The notes: a model not told the origin generated them from the letters alone. A stretch of DNA of 59,302 nucleotides from a virus (IMGVR_UViG_3300031416_000008:1-59302); one strand, 5' to 3'. Numbered from the stretch's first letter, positions 17,533 to 26,292 are shown. Numbers and translations: made by a program.

Positions 17533-17937
17533 ATGAAATTCGACGTCGGTGATATTATTGAATACAGTTACCTTTGGGCCCGTGAGGCGGCCAAGGGAGA
17601 GGAGAGCGGGAGAAAATATCGCCCGACATGTATGGTGTTTAAAACGAAAGAGGACCCTGCAAAGCTCTTTCTTTTTCCAATTACTTCTCAAGAGCCCAAG
17701 GACGGACGGCCTTACAAAGTCATCCCACAACTTGAATGTAAAAGGGCGAAGCTAAAATATCCCTCTTACATAATTTTGGACGAGTTTAACGAGGACCGTT
17801 CTGACATGATGTTTGATGTGGGGGATACAAAACCTCGCGGAAGTATCAGTCCAAGTTATCTTGCAGAAGTATCGCAGGGAATTATGGACCACGCGGCAAA
17901 AGTGCGCCCCACTTCAGTGCGACGCACAGCTGTCTAA
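17533..17937 (+). CDS. Putative PemK/MazF-like (SH3-fold) toxin
   Basis: GDIIEYSYLW....GRKYRPTCMV....FPITSQ pattern. Starts 13 nt downstream of the antitoxin. Confidence 0.45.
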   Translation: MKFDVGDIIEYSYLWAREAAKGEESGRKYRPTCMVFKTKEDPAKLFLFPITSQEPKDGRPYKVIPQLECKRAKLKYPSYIILDEFNEDRSDMMFDVGDTKPRGSISPSYLAEVSQGIMDHAAKVRPTSVRRTAV

Positions 17938-17943
17938 ACAATC

Positions 17944-17973
17944 AAAGCCCCTGCTCAGTCAGGGGCTTTTGTT
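17944..17973. terminator. Bidirectional terminator between convergent genes
   Basis: AAAGCCCCTG-CTCAGT-CAGGGGCTTT, with an A-run upstream and a T-run downstream. Confidence 0.65.
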
Positions 17974-18224
17974 TATCGGTGAAAGATTTTCTTCGCAGTA
18001 TCGACCGCTTCAACCACATCGTCCTCTTTGTTGTTTTGCAGGTCAAATTTATCGGTTTGGTTGCGCGCTTTACCGTAATCATTCCATTGAATGCGAATTT
18101 TCCCGGATGCAGGTGTGGTTACATAACCCACCAACAAATCTTGATCATCCTGTAAACCAGTGATCATACCCGGGTAGCCACCTTTAGTGGTAATTTCGAT
18201 ATGCTCTATTTGGATAACTGCCAT
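17973..18224 (-). CDS. Hypothetical small protein (83 aa), the only - strand gene in the late arm
   Basis: Isolated ORF with a plausible sequence. Ends at the bidirectional terminator. Confidence 0.45.
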   Translation of the reverse strand: MAVIQIEHIEITTKGGYPGMITGLQDDQDLLVGYVTTPASGKIRIQWNDYGKARNQTDKFDLQNNKEDDVVEAVDTAKKIFHR

Positions 18225-18266
18225 AGCCCCTCAATCCTTCTATTTGCCCATTAACGGCTCAGTAAT

Positions 18267-18315
18267 AATAGAGCAAAACAAACGCGCAAGAAAAGTGCTG
18301 ATTGCTCTATTGACA
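18267..18315 (+). promoter_or_regulatory. 10-bp inverted repeat overlapping a TTGACA hexamer
   Basis: AATAGAGCAA (18267-18276) pairs with TTGCTCTATT (18302-18311). TTGACA is at 18310-18315. Confidence 0.35.
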
Positions 18316-18426
18316 AAGAATGAGTGTAGACAATTGCGTACATGCAGTAAGGGTTCATCCCCTGAAAATGCCACGAAATCTCGTATTGCAAAGGGTATGT
18401 TTTCCGGGTAATCATTGCTCCAGTTT

Positions 18427-18471
18427 GCGCATGACGTGCTTCTGACCGATTAATCCGGAGAACACGTCATG
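18427..18471 (+). promoter_or_regulatory. Late leader element 1: box GCGCATGACGTGC plus start-codon hairpin
   Basis: CATGACGTG (18430-18438) is the reverse complement of CACGTCATG (18463-18471, which includes the ATG). Confidence 0.6.
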
Positions 18472-19566
18472 AAAACCGTAATTCCGTTTGGCGATGCCCG
18501 CGCCGTTGCCCGTTGGTCGGGCGCCCTTTTCACTGAAATCATCAAGCGTTCGTATTTTGAGCGCAAGTTCGTGTCCGAGAACGACAACGCTGTTATCCAG
18601 CGCTTGACCGATCTTGAGTCCGAAGCTGGTGATTTGATCCACTTCGACCTTTGCGCCCAGCTCAAGCAGAAGCCGACACCCGGCGATAACCGCATTGAGG
18701 GCAAGGAAGAAGGTCTGAAATTCTATTCAGACAAAATCCAGATCGATCAGCTGCGCCATGCAGTGTCGGCTGGTGGCAAGATGAGCCGCAAGCGTACCGC
18801 TCATGACCTCCGTAAGACGGCTAAAGAACGTCTTGCCGAATACTGGGCGAAGTACATGGACGAAGTGAATTTCGTCTATCTGTCGGGTGCACGCGGCATC
18901 AACGAAGACTTCACCGAAGAAACCACTTATGCCGGCCATGCGCAGAACCCGGTTCAAGCGCCTGACAGCGGCCACCTTATCTATGCCGGTTCGGCGGAAA
19001 GTAAGGGCACGATCACGAACACCATGAAAATGGACCGTGATATCATCGAGCGCGCTGTTGTGCAGGCTCGCATGATGAAGTCGCAGAATCCTGAAAATGC
19101 CAACATGCAGCCCGTGCAGATTAACGGTGAAGCGCACTACGTTTGCGTTATGTCGCCGTATCAGGAATACGACCTCCGCACATCGTCGACTGCTGGTTGG
19201 CTCGAAATCCAGAAGGCTGCGGCTGCTGCCGAAGGCCGCAATAACCCGATCTTCAAGGGCACCCTTGGCATGATCAATAATTGCGTGCTGCACAGCCATG
19301 AAAACGTCATCCGCTTTGATGACTACGGCGCAGGTTCAAACCTCCCAGCTGCTCGCGCTCTTTTCCTTGGCCGTCAGGCTGGTGTTGTCGCTTACGGCTC
19401 TACCGGTGGTCTGCGTTTCTCCTGGAAAGAAGAAACCAAGGATTACGGCAACGAACCTACCGTTGCTGCCGGCATCATCTTTGGTGTGAAGAAGACACGC
19501 TTCAACAATCGCGATTTCGGCGTGCAGGCGCTCGATACCTACGCGACCCGGCCAAAAGCCGCCTGA
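18469..19566 (+). CDS. Major capsid protein (N4-gp56-like family)
   Basis: 365 aa. Pattern W..L..E....S.F..F.......I.RL..L....GD.I.FDL...L.....GD...EG.EE.L.FY...I.ID.LRHAV. Confidence 0.8.
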   Translation: MKTVIPFGDARAVARWSGALFTEIIKRSYFERKFVSENDNAVIQRLTDLESEAGDLIHFDLCAQLKQKPTPGDNRIEGKEEGLKFYSDKIQIDQLRHAVSAGGKMSRKRTAHDLRKTAKERLAEYWAKYMDEVNFVYLSGARGINEDFTEETTYAGHAQNPVQAPDSGHLIYAGSAESKGTITNTMKMDRDIIERAVVQARMMKSQNPENANMQPVQINGEAHYVCVMSPYQEYDLRTSSTAGWLEIQKAAAAAEGRNNPIFKGTLGMINNCVLHSHENVIRFDDYGAGSNLPAARALFLGRQAGVVAYGSTGGLRFSWKEETKDYGNEPTVAAGIIFGVKKTRFNNRDFGVQALDTYATRPKAA

Positions 19567-19574
19567 TGAATTGA

Positions 19575-19593
19575 GCCGCCCATGACGGGCGGC
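19575..19593 (+). other. Hairpin after the capsid gene (no T-run)
   Basis: GCCGCCC-ATGAC-GGGCGGC. Confidence 0.4.
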
Positions 19594-19630
19594 ACATTCA
19601 CTTTCAGCAATAGACTTTGGAGCAAAGCCA

Positions 19631-20059
19631 ATGGCACACCTTAAGAATTCCGCAGCGAAAGGCCTCACACCTGTCCCGTATCCGAATACGGCGGGCGAAG
19701 CAGTTGTCCATCGCTACACGATCAACATTCCAGCAACCGCCGCTGTCGGCGATATCGCTGAATTTGCCTGCATCCCAGCAACCACCCGGCCAACTGACAT
19801 TGTCGTCGATGTAACCGGCGCTATCAGTGCCGATATCGGCGTGCTGTCAGGTGACTGGGCATCGGAAGATACAGAGCGCACGATTGGCGATGAGTTTGCC
19901 ACCGCTGCTGATCTAACCGCCGATGCATTGTTCCGTCCCACGAAGCCAAGTGCCGTCCGTGTTCCGCAGAAGGATACGGCTCGCGGCATCGGCTTGAAGA
20001 TCACGACTGCACCAACAGCAGCAGTCACGGTCGGCATTACTCTAACCGTTGTCGCTTAA
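19631..20059 (+). CDS. Virion structural protein (possible decoration/auxiliary head protein)
   Basis: Follows the capsid gene. Ends at a strong terminator. Confidence 0.5.
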   Translation: MAHLKNSAAKGLTPVPYPNTAGEAVVHRYTINIPATAAVGDIAEFACIPATTRPTDIVVDVTGAISADIGVLSGDWASEDTERTIGDEFATAADLTADALFRPTKPSAVRVPQKDTARGIGLKITTAPTAAVTVGITLTVVA

Positions 20060-20094
20060 TCCACGGGGCGAGAAGCGCCAAACGTCAGAGTGAT

Positions 20095-20137
20095 AGCGAC
20101 CACGGCGAACGAATAGCCGCCGTGGTCGCTTTTTCTT
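20095..20137 (+). terminator. Strong rho-independent terminator
   Basis: 13-bp stem AGCGACCACGGCG/CGCCGTGGTCGCT followed by TTTTCTT. Confidence 0.8.
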
Positions 20138-20159
20138 AATCAGTCCCGGAGAAATCACC

Positions 20160-20804
20160 ATGCCTCGTATTCAGTGCCTGCTTGGTCCCGCGTCCGATGT
20201 TTACATCGGCGGTACGGCCTACAACTTCGAGAATGACCGTTACGGTCGCGCAGTAGCCGATGTTCATGACGAACTGCATGTGCGTTGCCTTATCTCGATC
20301 GAGCATTACCGGCTTGTGCCTGACGATATGTTGTTAGGCGATCCCGCATCCAGCACAGCCTTGTCCCCAGTGGGCGGCGGCGAGCCAGAAGACGATGAGG
20401 ACAACGCGGACGAAGATGATGGCAACATCACCGAAACCACGCTGCTTCTTGGTGGCCGGTCGTTTACGCCTGGCATCCAACTGCCGGACGGCGCAGAGAC
20501 TGGTCAGAGCCAGCCTGCAGGCGAGGGCGCAGGTTCTTCCGGAGAAGCCGATAAAACTCCCGCAAATCCCGATACGGATTTGAATAAGACCGATACGGAC
20601 GCGGACAATCCCGACCCCAACGGGCAAGGTGGCGATAATTCTGGCTCCGGTGAACCTCCGGTACCGCCAGTCACCACTCCAGCAACGCCACCAGCCGAGG
20701 TTGTGAAGCTTGATAAGGACGAGAAGTCCGAGAAAGCGCCAGCCACCAAATCGCGCGGTCGCCCAAAGAAGGCTGACGCAGAAACGAAACCTAACGACAA
20801 GTAA
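20160..20804 (+). CDS. Hypothetical virion-module protein with acidic/Pro-rich tail and terminal SRGRPKK
   Basis: GGAGA SD. Folded N-terminal ~60 aa, then low complexity, then an AT-hook-like GRP core. Confidence 0.55.
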   Translation: MPRIQCLLGPASDVYIGGTAYNFENDRYGRAVADVHDELHVRCLISIEHYRLVPDDMLLGDPASSTALSPVGGGEPEDDEDNADEDDGNITETTLLLGGRSFTPGIQLPDGAETGQSQPAGEGAGSSGEADKTPANPDTDLNKTDTDADNPDPNGQGGDNSGSGEPPVPPVTTPATPPAEVVKLDKDEKSEKAPATKSRGRPKKADAETKPNDK

Positions 20805-20817
20805 GGTTGGTTAACAA

Positions 20818-21504
20818 ATGGTTAAGGCCAGTGAAATCATACGGAAAGCGCAAACGCTCCTCATTGACGAGGACGCCGTGCGCTGGCCGCTGTCTGAACT
20901 GGCCGACTGGTTAAATGACGCAGTGAGCGCGGTGTTGATCGCCAAGCCGTCTGCGTCATCACAGACGCGCGTCGTCAGCCTTGTTGCTGGCACGAAACAG
21001 AGCCTTCCAACAGATGGCGACGCGCGACCAATCATGTTCTTGTCAGCGCGCCGCAACGTGAATGCTGATGGCACACCGGGCAAGGTGGTCACATCGATCG
21101 CTTTCAACCGTATGGATGCAGCCGATCCAGACTGGCACTCAGCCCGCCGTAAGCGTGCAGCGGTGCAGCACTATCTCTTTGATGAGCACGTCCCCACAGA
21201 GTTTTATGTGTATCCGTACAATGACGGTACCGGGAAGCTGGACATTGCGCTCGCTGTCGTGCCGCCACGGATCGTCGCTAGCGGAGCTGTTGAGGAACTG
21301 TCGTCGTACGATCAGGACGTGGGCCTGCCAGAGCCGTACGGCACTCCATTGATTGATTATGTTTGCTATCGGGCTCAGTCCAAAGACGCCACCGGCGGTG
21401 ATGCTGGCCGAGCCGGTATGCACTATCAAGCCTTCGCACAGGCACTTGGTATCAAAACGCAGGTGGAAGCTTCGAGCAGCCCTAACGCGAGAAGGGGATC
21501 GTAA
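20818..21504 (+). CDS. Head-tail adaptor-like structural protein
   Basis: Position in the late module. Sequence class is common in podovirus-like head-tail modules. Confidence 0.5.
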   Translation: MVKASEIIRKAQTLLIDEDAVRWPLSELADWLNDAVSAVLIAKPSASSQTRVVSLVAGTKQSLPTDGDARPIMFLSARRNVNADGTPGKVVTSIAFNRMDAADPDWHSARRKRAAVQHYLFDEHVPTEFYVYPYNDGTGKLDIALAVVPPRIVASGAVEELSSYDQDVGLPEPYGTPLIDYVCYRAQSKDATGGDAGRAGMHYQAFAQALGIKTQVEASSSPNARRGS

Positions 21505-22136
21505 TGCGTATGATGCTGCTCGACGACTTGGTGGTTAGAGTGCGCGAGCGCGTGCCCGCTGCACCTATCCCTCTTGCAGAACGCCATATCATCGACAAGG
21601 CCGTAGTGCTTTGCGAGCGCATTCCAGTCTGGCGCGACAACGACGAGATCACTTTCGGTCCAAACCAGCCCGACGAGTATGTTTGCACGATCCAAGATGC
21701 GAACCTTGACCGCATCGAAACCGCATATTTCGACGATATCGCGCTTGAGCCTGTTACGCCTGGCTATCTCGATGACCGATATCCTGGCTGGGACTTAAAT
21801 GCAGGCGAGGTTAACACCCCGCGCTACGTCACGCAGCTCGCCAACGATTCAGTGCGCATCTATCCGGTGCAGCCCGGAAAGCTAAGGCTCCGTATGGTGT
21901 TGAAGCCAGATGCAGAATCCACGTTGCTGCCAGACAGCATCATTCGACAGTACGGACGTGAGCTCGCAATAGGCGCGGCCGGCGAAATTATGCTGTTGCC
22001 TGACGTCGAATATCAGAACCCGCAGCTGGGCTCCGCGCTCTTGTCGCGTTTCACGTCGTGGCTCGACAAGGAAGCCGTGAAGGCCAGCAAAACGCAGTTG
22101 CGCGTCCCGAAGCGCTCCACCCCAAGCTATTTGTGA
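21504..22136 (+). CDS. Structural protein (210 aa)
   Basis: Coupled to its neighbours. Confidence 0.55.
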   Translation: MRMMLLDDLVVRVRERVPAAPIPLAERHIIDKAVVLCERIPVWRDNDEITFGPNQPDEYVCTIQDANLDRIETAYFDDIALEPVTPGYLDDRYPGWDLNAGEVNTPRYVTQLANDSVRIYPVQPGKLRLRMVLKPDAESTLLPDSIIRQYGRELAIGAAGEIMLLPDVEYQNPQLGSALLSRFTSWLDKEAVKASKTQLRVPKRSTPSYL

Positions 22137-22142
22137 GGAAAC

Positions 22143-22559
22143 ATGCCCGCGACCACATACGCCGGTAATAAGCTGATTGACCTTCTTGTGCGCGGCGTGG
22201 CGTTTCAAGCGCCAGAGCGCGTGTTTCTCGCTCTGCACACCGCGAATCCCGGGTTAACCGGAGCGAACGAAATCACGCTCGCAGCATGGCCGGGTTATAC
22301 CCGCCTCGACTTCGCACAGGGTGCAGCAATTGCGACTGGGTTTGCAGCAGCAGCAGCCAAGGCAACCAAAAATGCCAAGCAGCTTTTGTTCCCGACACAG
22401 AACGGCGCGAACTCTGTCACCATTACGCATTGGTCAATTTGGGATGCAGCCACAGGCGGTAATTGTCTGTGGGGCGGCGCGCTGACCTTCAACAAGACGC
22501 TCAATCCAACTGACGAAGTTGTGGTGCATCCAAACGAACTCACGCTTGAGGTCGATTGA
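22143..22559 (+). CDS. Structural protein (138 aa)
   Basis: Conserved phage pattern ...ALHT.NPG..G.NE........Y.R...... Confidence 0.55.
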   Translation: MPATTYAGNKLIDLLVRGVAFQAPERVFLALHTANPGLTGANEITLAAWPGYTRLDFAQGAAIATGFAAAAAKATKNAKQLLFPTQNGANSVTITHWSIWDAATGGNCLWGGALTFNKTLNPTDEVVVHPNELTLEVD

Positions 22560-23401
22560 TGAATAATGCCGGAACGCTGGCAGGCACATTTATCAACGCT
22601 TTCGCTATCAACGAAGGCGCTATTGTGCATGTCCTTTCCGGCACAATCTCAATGCAGGTCGGCGGATCATTCGACCCGACACGCAGGGCAGCTATCAGGG
22701 ATTCGATCGCGATCAGTTTTGCTGGAGCCATTGATCCGCATCGTCGTCATTCATTCGTCGGCAATGGTTCGGTAATGCTCCTGCATGCGGGAAATATAAG
22801 CCAGCGGCATTCCACACGCGGATCAGGGATTTTTCGCTTACTCGGACTTGTGCGTGCAGCACGTCGACGCGCAGCGACAGGAACGGCTGTGATAAAGCTG
22901 ACTGGCGCTTCGGCGTCACACGCACGCCGTGTAGCTGTTGGGGAAAGCGTTCTTCGGATCAGTCACAAACGGGCCTTTGCAACGCGCCGCCAAATCGCGG
23001 GCGGTGCAGATACAATCCGTCTTTTGCACCTCGTCAACTTACGAGCCTTTGCTCCCATTTATGGACGTGACCGGATTCGGCTGATCGAGAGCGCAGTAGC
23101 GGTTCGGCGCGTTGGCCTGCCAGCAATAGGGCGTATTGCACTAAACGGAATAGCGACCACCACCACACGCCGAACCATTCGCACGACAAGCAAAATAGCT
23201 TTGCTGGCGACGATCAAGATGCCTCATTACCGGATGACACCAGTCGAAGAAATCCGAGCAATGCGACTGTTGAATGAGCTACGCGAAATGTCCGTTCTCC
23301 CGCAACCTTCGCCAATCGTTGTTAAGCCAGATAATCGCGAGCTCGTCGTGCCTCAACGCGGACGCATGATTGGTACGCCTGATATCGAGGATCCAGCATG
23401 A
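22556..23401 (+). CDS. Arg-rich protein built from about nine ~20-aa repeats
   Basis: Periodic G-x-hydrophobic-x-hydrophobic ... RR segments through residues ~30-215. Confidence 0.55.
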   Translation: MMNNAGTLAGTFINAFAINEGAIVHVLSGTISMQVGGSFDPTRRAAIRDSIAISFAGAIDPHRRHSFVGNGSVMLLHAGNISQRHSTRGSGIFRLLGLVRAARRRAATGTAVIKLTGASASHARRVAVGESVLRISHKRAFATRRQIAGGADTIRLLHLVNLRAFAPIYGRDRIRLIESAVAVRRVGLPAIGRIALNGIATTTTRRTIRTTSKIALLATIKMPHYRMTPVEEIRAMRLLNELREMSVLPQPSPIVVKPDNRELVVPQRGRMIGTPDIEDPA

Positions 23402-23679
23402 GCCTTGCAACCCTATCAAAATCGCCGGCTGATGTGCTCGATTATGACGTGTCGTTTGATGAATGGCTGACGAACGATGATCGTATCACGGGCCTAGTAT
23501 CAAATATCGAAGGCAGTACAGCTGTGGTCGATCGCTACGATTACACCGATCGGACTGTACGGATCTGGGTTTCAGGTGGCGCGAGCGGAGAAACCGCGCT
23601 CGTTAATCTCACAGTTATGACATTGCAGGGCCGCACCAAGGCTGAATGCTTCCGTCTTCGCATTAAGGAGTGCCGATAA
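23398..23679 (+). CDS. Small structural protein (93 aa)
   Basis: ATGA overlap upstream. Overlaps the next gene. Confidence 0.55.
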   Translation: MSLATLSKSPADVLDYDVSFDEWLTNDDRITGLVSNIEGSTAVVDRYDYTDRTVRIWVSGGASGETALVNLTVMTLQGRTKAECFRLRIKECR

Positions 23680-24932
23680 TGGCCGTTGTTCTATCCAACA
23701 ATGCAACGTCTCTGCTCGCAGGTGCCATTACGGCAGCGAGCACCACGCTTTCGATTGAGAACGCGGACGCAAGCAAGTTCCCAGCGCCCGTCGTTGGCGA
23801 CTGGTTTCCCCTGACTGTCGTCGATAACGCTGGCAACATGGAAATCATGAAGGCCACAAAGCGCGAAGGAGCAATCATTACCGTCACGCGCGCTCAGGAA
23901 GGAACCACTGCAAAGGCATTTGCGGCAGGTGCGCGCATTGATTTGCGTCTTACGGTGGCAGCATCATTTGAGGTCACACCTTCCGCTATGGAAAAGGCAG
24001 AGTGGAACCATGAGGGACTCAGCAGTGAAGATTCCCGGTTCTTCTGGTTCGATACCGTCGCGCGAAAGCTCAAGCGTTTCAGTTGGTCGGCTTTAGTATC
24101 ATTGCTAAATCAATCCCTAAGCTTCGTGAAGCTTAGCGGTGGGAAGTTGACCGACCAATTGCGAGGCATTGATGCCACGACTGCCAACGACTACTTGTCA
24201 AGCTTCTTAGCTGATAGCGCGGGTGGTTCCTATGCCAGCGTACCCAAGCGCCGTGTCCCCTATAAGGCTCAAACCACCACCATTGGCAACAGTTACGCGC
24301 CAGTATTGAACGCTACATACAACACGAGCGCTTGGGGAGGCATCTGGACGCAGGGTGTTATTAACGTTGGTAATAATGCGCAAGCGACGAGTTATCAGCT
24401 CGTACACATGCATAACGACGGTCAGGCGCTGAAAACCTTCACGTTCGCACCAAGCGGAGAATTCAGAGCAGATGGCGACATTCGTGCCGGCGCGTGGGTG
24501 TACGCGAATGGGCGCGTAGTCGCTACTGATCACATACAGGCAGGTGGCGTCGTATATGCCGGTAACGGCTCGGCCACTTTTTACCAAGACGGCAATTTGA
24601 GCGGTTCACGCTGGGGCGGCGGCTATCTGTACGATTGGATTGAAAATCGGGCGTACGCTCATGCGATATCCCAGGTTCGAGAGTTTAGTTATGCGGGCCG
24701 ACTGTCTCTGATGTGGGTTCGTCCTGGCGGTCAAATCAATCCTAACGATCTAATTGCTGGAGCAAATCTGCGATATGCAGGCCTAGCGGCTGGTGGTTCC
24801 AACTATGACCGTGTGACAGTGCAGAACACTTACGCAGCAGACGGTACATGGCGAATGCTTGGCTTTTGCGGAGTTAACCCATTTCCGCAGGGCAACTACG
24901 GCAACCTCATTTTGTGTGCAAAGGTGATTTAA
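23670..24932 (+). CDS. Tail fibre-like protein
   Basis: N-terminus SNNATSLLAGAITAASTTLSIENADASKFPAP..GDWFPLTVVDNAGNMEIMKATKREG..ITVTRAQEGTTAKAF is typical of podovirus tail fibres. Confidence 0.65.
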   Translation: MPIMAVVLSNNATSLLAGAITAASTTLSIENADASKFPAPVVGDWFPLTVVDNAGNMEIMKATKREGAIITVTRAQEGTTAKAFAAGARIDLRLTVAASFEVTPSAMEKAEWNHEGLSSEDSRFFWFDTVARKLKRFSWSALVSLLNQSLSFVKLSGGKLTDQLRGIDATTANDYLSSFLADSAGGSYASVPKRRVPYKAQTTTIGNSYAPVLNATYNTSAWGGIWTQGVINVGNNAQATSYQLVHMHNDGQALKTFTFAPSGEFRADGDIRAGAWVYANGRVVATDHIQAGGVVYAGNGSATFYQDGNLSGSRWGGGYLYDWIENRAYAHAISQVREFSYAGRLSLMWVRPGGQINPNDLIAGANLRYAGLAAGGSNYDRVTVQNTYAADGTWRMLGFCGVNPFPQGNYGNLILCAKVI

Positions 24933-25421
24933 ATGGACGGTGAAATTGTGATTACCGAAGTTGAAAATGCGCGGTGGCATGACGCGGAACATTTTTCGAT
25001 TACATGCGATGTGACGGTTCAAGGACTGGGAAAAATGCCGTTTTCTGTCGGGCACCGCACAGACACCTCGTACGGTATAAAGCTGTGGCAAGAATTTCAG
25101 GACGGGATTCACGGAACAATTGCGCCGTACATAGCTCCTCCAGAGCCGTCCCCGGCTGAAAAGAGAGCGCTCATGCCAGAGCTTGAACGCTGGCGCGTGA
25201 ACACAGTTATTGATCTGGAGCCCGGCTTGCGCGAAAAGATAAACGCGGCGATTGACGCGATGCCAGAACCACAGCGCACGATAAGCAAAAACAAGCTGGC
25301 CGACGTTCAGTTCTTCTCCCGGATCGATCCATTGTTCGAATTTATCGGTAACGTTCCTGATATTGCCAAATCTCCAGAAGATATTGATGCGATGTGGGAG
25401 AGGGCAGCTGCGCTGCAGTAA
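24933..25421 (+). CDS. Hypothetical protein downstream of the tail fibre (assembly/accessory?)
   Basis: Starts 1 nt after the fibre gene stop. Confidence 0.5.
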   Translation: MDGEIVITEVENARWHDAEHFSITCDVTVQGLGKMPFSVGHRTDTSYGIKLWQEFQDGIHGTIAPYIAPPEPSPAEKRALMPELERWRVNTVIDLEPGLREKINAAIDAMPEPQRTISKNKLADVQFFSRIDPLFEFIGNVPDIAKSPEDIDAMWERAAALQ

Positions 25422-25433
25422 TTGACTAAGAGT

Positions 25434-25473
25434 TGAAAGCCCCCTAATTGTTCCGCAAAATCGGGGTCTTTCA
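25434..25473 (+). promoter_or_regulatory. Hairpin abutting the GT25 start codon
   Basis: TGAAAGCCCC pairs with GGGGtCTTTCA. The last A is the A of the ATG. Confidence 0.45.
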
Positions 25474-26258
25474 TGAAATTTTATCTTATCAATCTGGACC
25501 GTTCGACGGACCGACTCTCTTTTATGGCGGAACAGTTTCGCAATCTCGGATTGGAGTATGTGCGTGTTCCAGCAGTTGATGGTCGCGCTTTAACCACTCC
25601 CGAGGTTGAGGCACTCACCGCTGTAGATGATCGATGGAAGGCACCGCTGACGAGATCTGAAATAGGATGTTTTCTCAGTCATCGACGTTGCTTACAACAA
25701 ATTGTCCAAGCTCCAGAACCGTATGCCATCGTTGTGGAAGACGATATTGAATTTGCAGATGATGCCTTAAATTTTTTCAAGGAAATGAGTTGGATTCCTG
25801 ACGATACCGATTTGCTGAAAATTGAGACCAACGGCAAAAAGGTGCTGATAGATACGCCATCAAGTTGCGGTGAGACGCGGTATGCAGTGGCGCGTTTGCG
25901 TTCAACGCACATAATGTCAGCAGGATACATTATCTCAAAAGATGCCGCCGCATTTCTTTTGGCAAGGATGGATAAGATATGGGCTCCAATAGATCAGTTC
26001 ATTTTCAGTGCGGAGCACGGTATTTTTAAAGAACTGACAATCTATCAGTGCACACCTGCAGTATGCAGACAGTTTGGCCTTGAGAGCACGTTGGACAAAG
26101 ATCGGCGTCGTACCTATCAGCGGCCACCATTGCTGCGCAGGCTTTTGCGTGAGATTAAGCGTGCTGGCCGAAGATCACGGACAGGGTTGTGGGGTATTTG
26201 GGTGAATACCAGGACGCGGCAGCAATGGAAGCGCATACCTTTTTATTCCAGCGTTTGA
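25473..26258 (+). CDS. Glycosyltransferase family 25 (LPS/LOS biosynthesis type)
   Basis: INLDRSTDR...VPAVDG..L...........LTRSEIGCFLSH......IVEDDIEF is the GT25 signature. Visibly more AT-rich than neighbouring genes. Confidence 0.8.
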   Translation: MKFYLINLDRSTDRLSFMAEQFRNLGLEYVRVPAVDGRALTTPEVEALTAVDDRWKAPLTRSEIGCFLSHRRCLQQIVQAPEPYAIVVEDDIEFADDALNFFKEMSWIPDDTDLLKIETNGKKVLIDTPSSCGETRYAVARLRSTHIMSAGYIISKDAAAFLLARMDKIWAPIDQFIFSAEHGIFKELTIYQCTPAVCRQFGLESTLDKDRRRTYQRPPLLRRLLREIKRAGRRSRTGLWGIWVNTRTRQQWKRIPFYSSV

Positions 26259-26292
26259 TCGTCACCACTTCGTCTGGTACAAATGCAAATAG

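Noticed and set aside
20700-20804. The SRGRPKK motif at the C-terminus of the 20160..20804 protein could be an AT-hook DNA-binding motif.
   Set aside because: It is a single short motif in a low-complexity tail and could arise by chance. It is noted in the feature but not raised as a finding.
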